Source: Halocafeteria seosinensis
Lineage: Eukaryota
Direction: 5' to 3'
Assembly (NCBI GenBank): GCA_001687465.1
Contig: LVLI01000023.1
Location: forward strand, 62,001 to 116,833
DNA: 54,833 bases
Below, one piece after another: positions 46,744 through 54,833 of the stretch; positions within the stretch are counted from its first letter, which is position 1; each line of letters starts with the position of its first letter. Both the position numbers and the translations under genes were made by a program. A model generated the notes under the pieces. The model was not told where the DNA came from and did not search any database. It worked only from the letters and a program-made list of their open reading frames with translations.

Positions 46744-49700
46744 TTAGTCTTCTTGATTTTTGATCCGCCAATGCCCATGTGCCAACGTGGTAATGCCGTC
46801 ATCAAGAACATACTTCTTGTCATCAAGCGGACTCAGACCTTGTTTCTTTTCACGACAACTAACCACCCGATGGAGGAAACTGTTGATGCTATTGAATTCT
46901 AAACGATCCGGTTGGGTTCGCAAGACCAAAGCCCGAAGGTAATCGGTGTGTTGGAGTTGTTTCTTAAGAACGGCTTTTGGGATACCTTTTGCCTTGGACT
47001 CTTCCACATCGCTATTCATCAATATGCTATACATTTTGGCACGTAATCCCGCAAATTGGTAGATGGGTTCACCGGCACTCTCATCCTTGAATGTGCCGAC
47101 AACTTTCTTGTTGGTCTTGTCATGCAGAAAGTGATCGGAAGGATAGTCAGACAAATCAAATCGCCACTTTTCGTCCGCCATGTCACGATAGACATCGTCT
47201 GTTTTGATGTGGTAGGCCAAACTGTCTGTGTCGGTGAATAGCAACTGGGCGTCATTGCCGTACTTTGTTTTGATATAGTTATAGTGATATTCGTACATGA
47301 TGGTCTTAGAAATGTCCAAGATGGATGCTCCCAAGAATATGGGCTTGTTGAACTTGATAAATTCCTTATTGTTATCCACCGCCACTAGATCTTGATTGAT
47401 GATGGTAAATCCACGGAACGTCGGCTTAGAGGTACACTTGAGAAACTCTTTCCGGTTTTTGCAGAAACTTACGTTGCTATAGCCCCGTACATTCTCCATA
47501 GTTTTTCCAAAGACTGAGTTGTTCATCAGTTTGAATAGGTCTTTTTCAAAATCGTCACGTGCTTTCTTTCGGAGTTCGGTATTCTTATCAATGTAACTTC
47601 GCATGAGAGGGGCTTGTTGAAACGCTAAAACTCGCCGAACCCGTTTTAAACGCAACCCCAGTTCCAAGTATAGTTTTAAATTAGCACTGTGGCAGACATA
47701 ACCTTCCTTGTCATTCAAGGTGGGAACTAACTTGATGTCGTTTTGTTTTGTTTCCAATCCCATATTACTAGCCTGTTGTTGCATATAAGGTGAATATTTT
47801 CCTGTTGTATTCTCGACCGCAAGGGGGTAGTCATTATGCAGATCGTGAAGTTCTTCCGGATATTCTAGGTCGGCTTCCACAAAATAACCCTCTTCATCTG
47901 CTTCTGGATTGAGTTGGCGAAAGAATTCTTCGTCAAATGTGTCCAAGTCATCTCGCCAATAGAACCCGCCCACCGGCAAATTCTGTTTCATTGCCCATCC
48001 ATAGAGGTTGGAACAATCGTAATAGACGATATAACTAGTTTCTTTGTTTGCGTCATATTTATCGTTGGACAGATACGGGTTATTGGCTTTCGCAAACCTG
48101 TGACTTATCATACTGATACCACCCCGTTTACATCGCTCCGCAAATAGCAACATGTCGTACTGATCACGATGGAACAGTTCCAAGGAATACTGATTCTGAA
48201 TGTTCAACAGGAAGGCATCCCACGACAATCCGGGTGCTCCGTAAAACCAACAAGGATCAAGGTGATAGTTACTCAGACAGAGGTCTCGGAAATTTTCAAA
48301 GATATCCGCCAGTAACAAGACATCGCCTTTAAGGTAAAGTTCGTGGTAATCACGGAAGGTTTGACAATCAAATTGTTCCCAGACTCGTTGAGCATGTTGG
48401 TAGTCCTCTTCCTCTATATGACTTTCGCTCAATGGGTCATAAAATTGTTCCCGTGACGGTAATTCCTCTAATTCCATTCGTTCAGGGTCACCGTCCATGT
48501 AAGCATACGGATACACACCCTTTTGAACAACTAAATCAATGGACTCTTGCGGATAGTCACCAAACTCAGCATAGAGATTTTGGAAGACGGTTTGATCCAC
48601 CCCTTTCATCTTAAGATTTTCAACCAAGGCACTTAGACTGCTACTCATGAAACTGAGGGAATCAATAAAACAAATCCTGTCTAGAGAAAAACTGATGAAT
48701 TTCTCGGCATTTTGTGGAATGGCGTTTAACTTTTTCCGCCGAATCTGACCCACACGGGCAACTTCATCAATTAAAAAATGTGAATCGTATCCTTTCAAGT
48801 TGTGGAAGATGACGGGCATTTTCCATTTACGATGAAAATGTTTTTGAAGATTACAATTGGAATGACATGCTCCTCGGAACGTACCTGTAAAATGATCATG
48901 GTCACGAACACGGTCGTTTCCCAATGTCCCCCCACAGGCATGACAGAATTCGGCATTACGAAATGTTATCTCATCATCGTCTGTCATTTGCAGAGCCACA
49001 TATCTTGATTGAATACGGTGACCCACTTGTTCTTCTAGATCAACCAGCCAATACAGAAAGGAACTGATACACCACATTTCCTCCGTGTCGTAAAAGACTT
49101 GGGTTTGTGTCAATTCCGGAAATGCGTCGGAAACCACTCGGGCACAAATGGAATTAGGCTCATGCTCGTATTGTAACTGGGTTTGTCCTTTGTTCTCTTC
49201 AATAGGAACTAAAGAACTTTCCAGATCACAGTAGACAGTTACCGGAAGTTTTAATTGACAGTGGAAGTTGGTAAATTTCAAGTAGTGTTCCCCCTTCTTG
49301 GGAAGGATTGGTTTCGCCCCTTCATTGTCATAGCAACCCATTTCATGATGTTCGGCCAATTTTTCTTTTGCCGTTTTGGTTGGTTTCCGTGATGTTGTTT
49401 GATTTGCCCATGTAGTATGAAACCCTTGCAGACAGTGGAAGCAAAACTCTTTGGCATAGCCATTTGAACCAAGGAATCGGTTAAAATCCACGATGGGATA
49501 CCAATGACCATGGAACAGCAACAGATTGACATGATGGTCGGCCGGACGAACCGAACGCAAGATGCGGGACTCTTTGATTCTTGTTTGCTCACTGTCCAGT
49601 TCAACGGTATAGGCATTGAGACTTAGCCATGGGTTTAATTGTTCAATGGTGTCCAAGTCTTGGACTGAAATCGGTAATTCAACCACGCGTCCTTTGCGGG

Positions 49701-50874
49701 TGGATACCGTTTCGCCAAAGACTTCTTGGTTAATTTGCCGTGGTATTGCATGTCCAAGATGGAGTTCCTCACGATAGGCTCTATATTTGCTGACACGTCC
49801 AATGTTTTTTCTGTCGGTTATTTCATGATAATGAAGACCGGCCAATATAGACCATAACCCGCATTCGCCCTCTGTGCCACCGCTCAACTGAAGGACACCC
49901 CGATTTTTGAAGCATCTCGGTAGTTTGTGCTCGGCACACGCCCCACGCAAGGGTTCAAATTCACTAATATTCAGAAATAGAGCATTGACCGACATGATAA
50001 CCCAATCACTGGCACTGTTTTGATGTCGTTCTAGCATATTTTCAATCCGACTAATCAATTCGGCGATCGTGTTTTCAATTTGATTGCCTTGAATGATGGC
50101 AATGGCTGTTTGACCATTTTCGGACGAGGTAAATCGACCTTCCATTTGGACATCGGGGTCGGACGCACGATAGAAAGAGGCTAACACAGCCATTTGCACC
50201 TTTAGATTCATGTCTTGAAAATGATGCTCTAGTGTTTCCCGCATGGTGTCCCAAACAGCGTTGGAAAAGAGGATAAAATCGGCGGTTTGCGGTTCAGTGG
50301 TTATCTTATAACTAAAGAGGAAGCGACTCATTTGGGATACATTTACTATTTCGGGTTGCAGATGTTGCTCATCGGTAGCCACAGGGGCTTGTCCTCTGTT
50401 TCCTTGATTTTGAAGCGAAATTTGAACAATCTCTTGCCGAAGTTGGAAATTGCTTCGGTTCAGTTTCCCCACGGCAAATCCCTGTTCCCGTAACTCACGC
50501 AATTGGTTTTGGAGTTGTTGGCGGTTCATGTTTTCAATATTGATGTTATTGCGGTTCATTTGGCGGAAGGTTGGATAGTTTTGGATTAATGATTGCTTGA
50601 TGTCTTTGATTTTGCGGGTTTTGGGGCTTGACAGACCATGGAGCAAAAATTGGCGATGCTTTTGACGAATTTCATTATTGGTGGCGGTCTTCAAGAACTT
50701 TCGTTCATTAAATTGAAGCCGTTTGAATGTCGGTTCAACAGATTGAATGGTTTGCTGAAGTTGCTGTCGGGTAAATTTATTAAGCGGTCGACTGATCAAT
50801 CCCATTTGACGAAGCGGTTTGGCCTCCGCTTGTAATTCTTTCAATTTCTGTCGGTTGGTTTTGTTAGCGGACAT
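46744..50874 (-). CDS. Protein-primed family B DNA polymerase (pPolB) polyprotein
   Basis: Exonuclease motifs YCDLES, FHNLKGYD and YLKGDVLLL; KGVYPY; polymerase motifs YYDCSNLYG, KLMNNSVFGK and FTDTDS; long N-terminal extension. Confidence 0.97.
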   Translation of the reverse strand: MSANKTNRQKLKELQAEAKPLRQMGLISRPLNKFTRQQLQQTIQSVEPTFKRLQFNERKFLKTATNNEIRQKHRQFLLHGLSSPKTRKIKDIKQSLIQNYPTFRQMNRNNINIENMNRQQLQNQLRELREQGFAVGKLNRSNFQLRQEIVQISLQNQGNRGQAPVATDEQHLQPEIVNVSQMSRFLFSYKITTEPQTADFILFSNAVWDTMRETLEHHFQDMNLKVQMAVLASFYRASDPDVQMEGRFTSSENGQTAIAIIQGNQIENTIAELISRIENMLERHQNSASDWVIMSVNALFLNISEFEPLRGACAEHKLPRCFKNRGVLQLSGGTEGECGLWSILAGLHYHEITDRKNIGRVSKYRAYREELHLGHAIPRQINQEVFGETVSTRKGRVVELPISVQDLDTIEQLNPWLSLNAYTVELDSEQTRIKESRILRSVRPADHHVNLLLFHGHWYPIVDFNRFLGSNGYAKEFCFHCLQGFHTTWANQTTSRKPTKTAKEKLAEHHEMGCYDNEGAKPILPKKGEHYLKFTNFHCQLKLPVTVYCDLESSLVPIEENKGQTQLQYEHEPNSICARVVSDAFPELTQTQVFYDTEEMWCISSFLYWLVDLEEQVGHRIQSRYVALQMTDDDEITFRNAEFCHACGGTLGNDRVRDHDHFTGTFRGACHSNCNLQKHFHRKWKMPVIFHNLKGYDSHFLIDEVARVGQIRRKKLNAIPQNAEKFISFSLDRICFIDSLSFMSSSLSALVENLKMKGVDQTVFQNLYAEFGDYPQESIDLVVQKGVYPYAYMDGDPERMELEELPSREQFYDPLSESHIEEEDYQHAQRVWEQFDCQTFRDYHELYLKGDVLLLADIFENFRDLCLSNYHLDPCWFYGAPGLSWDAFLLNIQNQYSLELFHRDQYDMLLFAERCKRGGISMISHRFAKANNPYLSNDKYDANKETSYIVYYDCSNLYGWAMKQNLPVGGFYWRDDLDTFDEEFFRQLNPEADEEGYFVEADLEYPEELHDLHNDYPLAVENTTGKYSPYMQQQASNMGLETKQNDIKLVPTLNDKEGYVCHSANLKLYLELGLRLKRVRRVLAFQQAPLMRSYIDKNTELRKKARDDFEKDLFKLMNNSVFGKTMENVRGYSNVSFCKNRKEFLKCTSKPTFRGFTIINQDLVAVDNNKEFIKFNKPIFLGASILDISKTIMYEYHYNYIKTKYGNDAQLLFTDTDSLAYHIKTDDVYRDMADEKWRFDLSDYPSDHFLHDKTNKKVVGTFKDESAGEPIYQFAGLRAKMYSILMNSDVEESKAKGIPKAVLKKQLQHTDYLRALVLRTQPDRLEFNSINSFLHRVVSCREKKQGLSPLDDKKYVLDDGITTLAHGHWRIKNQED

Positions 50875-50986
50875 TATATATGATCAGTTGATGTTAGTTT
50901 CATTCATTTTTTCTTCTTGGTTTTTATCCAACTCTCTTTTTACCTATTCTTTAAAAATGATTGGATATGAAGTATAGCAATACGCT

Positions 50987-51286
50987 ATGAATCTTGAATC
51001 CGCAAGTTCAGGCAACAATGATGTGTTATTTGCTTTGGTGGTTGATGATGATAACCAAGTCTGTTTTTTTACAGTTAAAGTGGATGGTGAATTATTTCAT
51101 TCTCTTTTTTATCAACCGATTATAAATGGAAGTGATGAGGATGAGCCAGTTTTTCAAGTTGATAATGATATAGAAGAGGTTTTGAATGGGGACAAGGACG
51201 AACTTGAATATAGTCACAACCACTTTGCCAATGAAGTTTTTCAACAATTGAGTAATAGGATATATGCCAAGAATCGTCAAGCCTAG
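50987..51286 (+). CDS. Small acidic viral hypothetical protein
   Basis: 99-aa ATG ORF, D/E-rich, divergent from pPolB. Confidence 0.55.
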   Translation: MNLESASSGNNDVLFALVVDDDNQVCFFTVKVDGELFHSLFYQPIINGSDEDEPVFQVDNDIEEVLNGDKDELEYSHNHFANEVFQQLSNRIYAKNRQA

Positions 51287-51419
51287 ACCCAAAGCCCAGC
51301 GAACAGTGGTCACCATTAACGGTGGATTAAAATCGTTTTCCCGTCAATTCAAGAACTTACCCAAGACCAGAGGTGTTGGAACTGCCGACAGATCACCTAT
51401 TTTCAGGCAACGACCGTAA
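51264..51419 (+). CDS. Small basic protein (51 aa), candidate viral core/DNA-condensing protein
   Basis: MPRIVKPRPKAQRTVVTINGGLKSFSRQFKNLPKTRGVGTADRSPIFRQRP*; 13 K/R vs 1 D; preceded by TAT (GATATATG context); fills the gap between two genes. Confidence 0.6.
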   Translation: MPRIVKPRPKAQRTVVTINGGLKSFSRQFKNLPKTRGVGTADRSPIFRQRP

Positions 51420-51474
51420 TTAGAAAGATTTGACTTTGAATCTTTTAATAAAAGATTCAAACAGACTATATATC

Positions 51475-53484
51475 ATGTCAACCGGAATGTTTGTACGGAC
51501 AAGCAGAGGGATTCAGGCTACTTTGGATCTTAGGAAAGGCCTAGGAGCTTCGGGCAACAGCCATATTGATGTAAAAACCGCTTCAAACGGCTTCAGTTTT
51601 GACAACAGCAATCGTTTGGAAAACAAATGGGCGGAGACACCGGCCACCACAGACATCGATGCCAATTCCAACCAAATCATTAATTTGGGCAATCCAACCG
51701 CTTCATCCGATGTTGTAACCAAAGGTTATGTAGATAGCCAAGTAACCGTGCCACAGTTACGGAGAGGAGCACGATTATATTACAGTTTTGATGATGCCAA
51801 CAATCTGTTTAACGATAGTATCGGTACGTTTGATGCCACAGAAAAAGGAAGCGGTTCAATATCTCAAGCGACAGGTAAAATTGGCAATGCCATTGAATTC
51901 ACGGATACAGATAACGACTTTTTGGATTTAGGAGCGGGGGCGTTAGACCATGGATCAGGGAACTTCACGTGGGCGTTGTGGGTTAATACGGATGATAATA
52001 CAAAAACGCAAAACTTTCTGGATTCTCGCTTGAATGCTGGGAATACAAATAACCGTATTGTGATTTTTCATTCTGGCGGTGGAAATCTTTCTTTCCGAAC
52101 CGACGATAGTGGCTCATCGTCTTCCGTTGCCGGTGGCAGTCTATCCAATAACACATGGCATCATATCATAGTGACACGTAATGGAACAACCGGTACAATA
52201 TACTTGGATGGGTCTCAAGTGGGCACAGGGACAATAAGCGGTAGTAATTTAACAGGTGGAGAATCCATTTTCGGACAAGATGGAAGTAACAATCCCGATG
52301 GGTTGGTGGATGAAGTGGGTGTTTGGGATCGTGTCCTCACCCAAGATGAAATCAATTTCCTTTACAACAACGGCAACGGCACAAACAATTGGCAAGACAC
52401 CTACCTAGCCACCAAGGGCGAAGTCACACAATTACGGCAATACACCAACGCCCTAGCCGGAATTCCCCAACTGCGTCGGTCGGCGAGAGCCTATTATTCA
52501 TTTGATGGAACGGATTCCTATGCCGATTCCATTGGCACGTTTGATGGAACGAACAATGGAACATCCGTTGTGTCCGGTAAAATTGGAAATGGAATTAAAT
52601 TTTCTGTCAGTGGAAGTGATACCGTGAATCTGGGAAAACCTCTTGATACAGGAACGGGTGATTTTTCCGCTTCAGCGTGGGTTAAATCGGATAATGGGGC
52701 AACCTCAGGTAATGGTAATGCTGTGATTGCTCAAAATGTAAGCGGAACGAACCGATGGATTTTAGAACACCATTTTGATGGTACATTTCAATTTTTCACA
52801 GAAGATAGTAACAATGACAAAAGAATTATATCGTCGGCAAATTACTCTCTTGGCAATTGGCACTTTGTCACGATTACCCGTTCGGGATCGCAAGGAAAAA
52901 TTTACGTGAATGGTCAATTGGATATTTCAGACACAATACAATCAGGCGATATTACAGGCGGTGGTGATACCATACTTGGAAGACCCAGTGGCAAGGTAAT
53001 GGAAGGAATATTGGACGAAATCGGTTGTTGGAATCGGGTTTTATCGGCCGAAGAAATTAAATATCTCTATAACAATGGAAACGGCACAAACGATTTTCAG
53101 AGTTTTGATTGGTATAGCAGACCAGCCCAAAGCAATGTCAATATGAATGGCTACAGAATTATTAATACTGAGATTATTGAAACCGTTGCCGAAAATATTG
53201 CGGACGATTCTGTTCTAAACATTCCGTTGGATTCCAACGGTGGAAAATTGACGGTGAATGACAGTGGGGGTAATGTTATGGACTTGTTGTTTGATGTGGC
53301 GAGTGGGCAGAGCCAGAAGATTGGCGAATTAGGTTCGATCTATCAAATTTCCACGGGAACAGCGTCGGGAACATCTGGAACGGATGGCAAAGTCACCATT
53401 TTCTTGGATAGCAATAACGACCGGATTCAGATTGAAAATCGGATGGGTAATTCACGCACATTCCGCTATCTTGTAGTGGATTAA
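51475..53484 (+). CDS. Fibre/receptor-binding-like protein with two LamG (concanavalin A-like) domains
   Basis: Shaft motif QIINLGNPTASSDVVTKGYVD; two repeats of YYSFD...GKIGN...FT/SxxxWV...WHxxxxTR..G.IYxxG...DE(V/I)GxWxRVL...LYNNGNG. Confidence 0.85.
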   Translation: MSTGMFVRTSRGIQATLDLRKGLGASGNSHIDVKTASNGFSFDNSNRLENKWAETPATTDIDANSNQIINLGNPTASSDVVTKGYVDSQVTVPQLRRGARLYYSFDDANNLFNDSIGTFDATEKGSGSISQATGKIGNAIEFTDTDNDFLDLGAGALDHGSGNFTWALWVNTDDNTKTQNFLDSRLNAGNTNNRIVIFHSGGGNLSFRTDDSGSSSSVAGGSLSNNTWHHIIVTRNGTTGTIYLDGSQVGTGTISGSNLTGGESIFGQDGSNNPDGLVDEVGVWDRVLTQDEINFLYNNGNGTNNWQDTYLATKGEVTQLRQYTNALAGIPQLRRSARAYYSFDGTDSYADSIGTFDGTNNGTSVVSGKIGNGIKFSVSGSDTVNLGKPLDTGTGDFSASAWVKSDNGATSGNGNAVIAQNVSGTNRWILEHHFDGTFQFFTEDSNNDKRIISSANYSLGNWHFVTITRSGSQGKIYVNGQLDISDTIQSGDITGGGDTILGRPSGKVMEGILDEIGCWNRVLSAEEIKYLYNNGNGTNDFQSFDWYSRPAQSNVNMNGYRIINTEIIETVAENIADDSVLNIPLDSNGGKLTVNDSGGNVMDLLFDVASGQSQKIGELGSIYQISTGTASGTSGTDGKVTIFLDSNNDRIQIENRMGNSRTFRYLVVD

Positions 53485-53535
53485 AGTGGTTTTCCAATCT
53501 GGATCAACAGACTGGAAATTCCGCCATGTATTATA

Positions 53536-54833
53536 ATGGCACATGCAGGTGAATATTTTGCTCCTGTCCAAGCAAAAGGGAACATTGTTCAAGAAGACCA
53601 CATAGCGGTGGATACCCATGATGAATGGTATGACCATCCAGCGTTTGAGCCAGTGGATTTTGCAGGATTTCTAGCCAAGAACGTAGCCGATCCGTCCGCT
53701 GGACAGGATATGATGACCAAGTCCTATATGGATAGCAATTTTAGCACTCAATCACAGGTATCTAATAATTTTCTTAATCGGAGTGGCTCGGATAAAATGA
53801 CATCCGACCTAAACTTAGATAGCCACAAGATCATCAACACAGCCGATCCAACCAATCCGAGTGATTTAGTCACCCAACAACATCTAAATTTAGCCTATAT
53901 TACAGAATCCAATGGCGACAGCCGGTATGTGTTTCAAGATGGATCAAAATCAATGTCAGGTTCTTTGGATATGGGCTCAAATAAAATCACAGACTCACTC
54001 GACCCCACTAGTTCGGATCATGGTGTCACTCAAGGCTATTTGCAAAACAATTATCAGGATAAAACAACTATGAATAACCAATTTGTCAATCGGTCGGGCG
54101 ATACCATGACCAACACGCTAGATATGGCCGATCGGTCGGGGCAATTGAATCTTCTACATCGGATTAACAATGTTGCGATTGATTCTGGCAGTGGATCAAC
54201 CATACCAAGATCCCATTTGGACAACAACTATGATGATAAAAGCACAGTGAATAGCAATACATTGGATTTGGCGGGATCAAATACTTTATCGGGTTCATTT
54301 GACTGCGGGAACAACCGGATCATCAATGTCAATAATCCATCGAATAGCAAGGATATGGTCACTCGGCAATACCTCCATGCCAATAAACCCGTCGGGGAAA
54401 AGAAGATCTCTACCGTTAATGATACTCAGTCATTCACTTTGAACCAAAATGGGCAATTTACCCATGATTATACCATTAGCAATCTTGATTCTTCCAATTA
54501 CCTTTGTGAGGTGGAATTAATGTTTTGGGGTGACTGGGTCAATAGTGGGACAGGAATTATACTGGAGCATTTAATTGATGATGGTGGTTTTACCACGGAC
54601 AATGATCCGGCCAAGCAGGAACAAAATATTAATGGTGATGTCTCACGGTTTAGCCTAAATAGTGCCACGGTGGGTAATAAGAATGACCACACGTCTTACT
54701 ACCGATTTTGGGTCACCACAACCAGCACGACTTCCATCAAGTTTTCTAGCGGGGTTGCCGACAATGGTGTTTTAGGGTCTTCAACGACCGTTCATAGCAA
54801 GATTCGAGTCAAGTTATTGAAAGCAAACATTGT
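53536..54833 (+). CDS. Second fibre-like protein with repeated shaft motifs (runs off the window)
   Basis: Open frame from ATG 53536 to the window end (over 430 aa, absent from the ORF track); repeats MTSDLNLDSHKIINTADPTNPSDLVTQQHL, MSGSLDMGSNKITDSLDPTSSDHGVTQGYL, LSGSFDCGNNRIINVNNPSNSKDMVTRQYL. Confidence 0.85.
   Translation, partial: MAHAGEYFAPVQAKGNIVQEDHIAVDTHDEWYDHPAFEPVDFAGFLAKNVADPSAGQDMMTKSYMDSNFSTQSQVSNNFLNRSGSDKMTSDLNLDSHKIINTADPTNPSDLVTQQHLNLAYITESNGDSRYVFQDGSKSMSGSLDMGSNKITDSLDPTSSDHGVTQGYLQNNYQDKTTMNNQFVNRSGDTMTNTLDMADRSGQLNLLHRINNVAIDSGSGSTIPRSHLDNNYDDKSTVNSNTLDLAGSNTLSGSFDCGNNRIINVNNPSNSKDMVTRQYLHANKPVGEKKISTVNDTQSFTLNQNGQFTHDYTISNLDSSNYLCEVELMFWGDWVNSGTGIILEHLIDDGGFTTDNDPAKQEQNINGDVSRFSLNSATVGNKNDHTSYYRFWVTTTSTTSIKFSSGVADNGVLGSSTTVHSKIRVKLLKANI

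Larger units (their letters stand above)
43797..54833. mobile_element. Endogenous Polinton/Maverick-type virus, left portion (boundary approximate, continues past the window)
   Basis: Adjacent rve integrase and protein-primed PolB, plus HNH and fibre genes; intron-free, tightly packed and visibly more AT-rich than the host. Candidate AG-starting terminus near 43788-43797. Confidence 0.92.

Noticed and set aside
51751..53105. Diversity-generating retroelement acting on the LamG repeats
   Set aside because: The repeats are too divergent, show no adenine-specific pattern, and the only RT in the window is a decayed non-LTR element.

Overview
Gene-dense, intron-rich eukaryotic DNA (short GT-AG introns, mostly 60-90 nt), most consistent with a protist (SAR/stramenopile-like, by inference only). 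It is joined at about 43.8 kb to the left part of an intron-free, more AT-rich endogenous Polinton/Maverick-type virus that runs off the right edge. The host part carries: a secreted LRR protein built one repeat per exon; a TPR + J-domain gene; a SNAP-like gene; mitochondrial uS5; WASH subunit CCDC53; a PH protein; a multi-pass two-domain nucleotide cyclase with reversed C2-C1 order; a decayed CRE-like non-LTR retrotransposon; an omega-like GST; a head-to-head pair of TmcB-like FixL-type PAS membrane proteins; a bacterial-looking CAP protein with an intron; casein kinase I with a long structured intron; and two tandem TM2 genes. The viral part carries: subterminal repeats, a NUMOD4-HNH nuclease, an 86-bp multi-hairpin array, an rve integrase with chromodomain, a protein-primed PolB with vOTU and endonuclease VII-like domains, an unannotated 51-aa basic core-like protein, and two fibre-like proteins (one with tandem LamG domains). 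All gene models and family calls were made by eye, without database searches.
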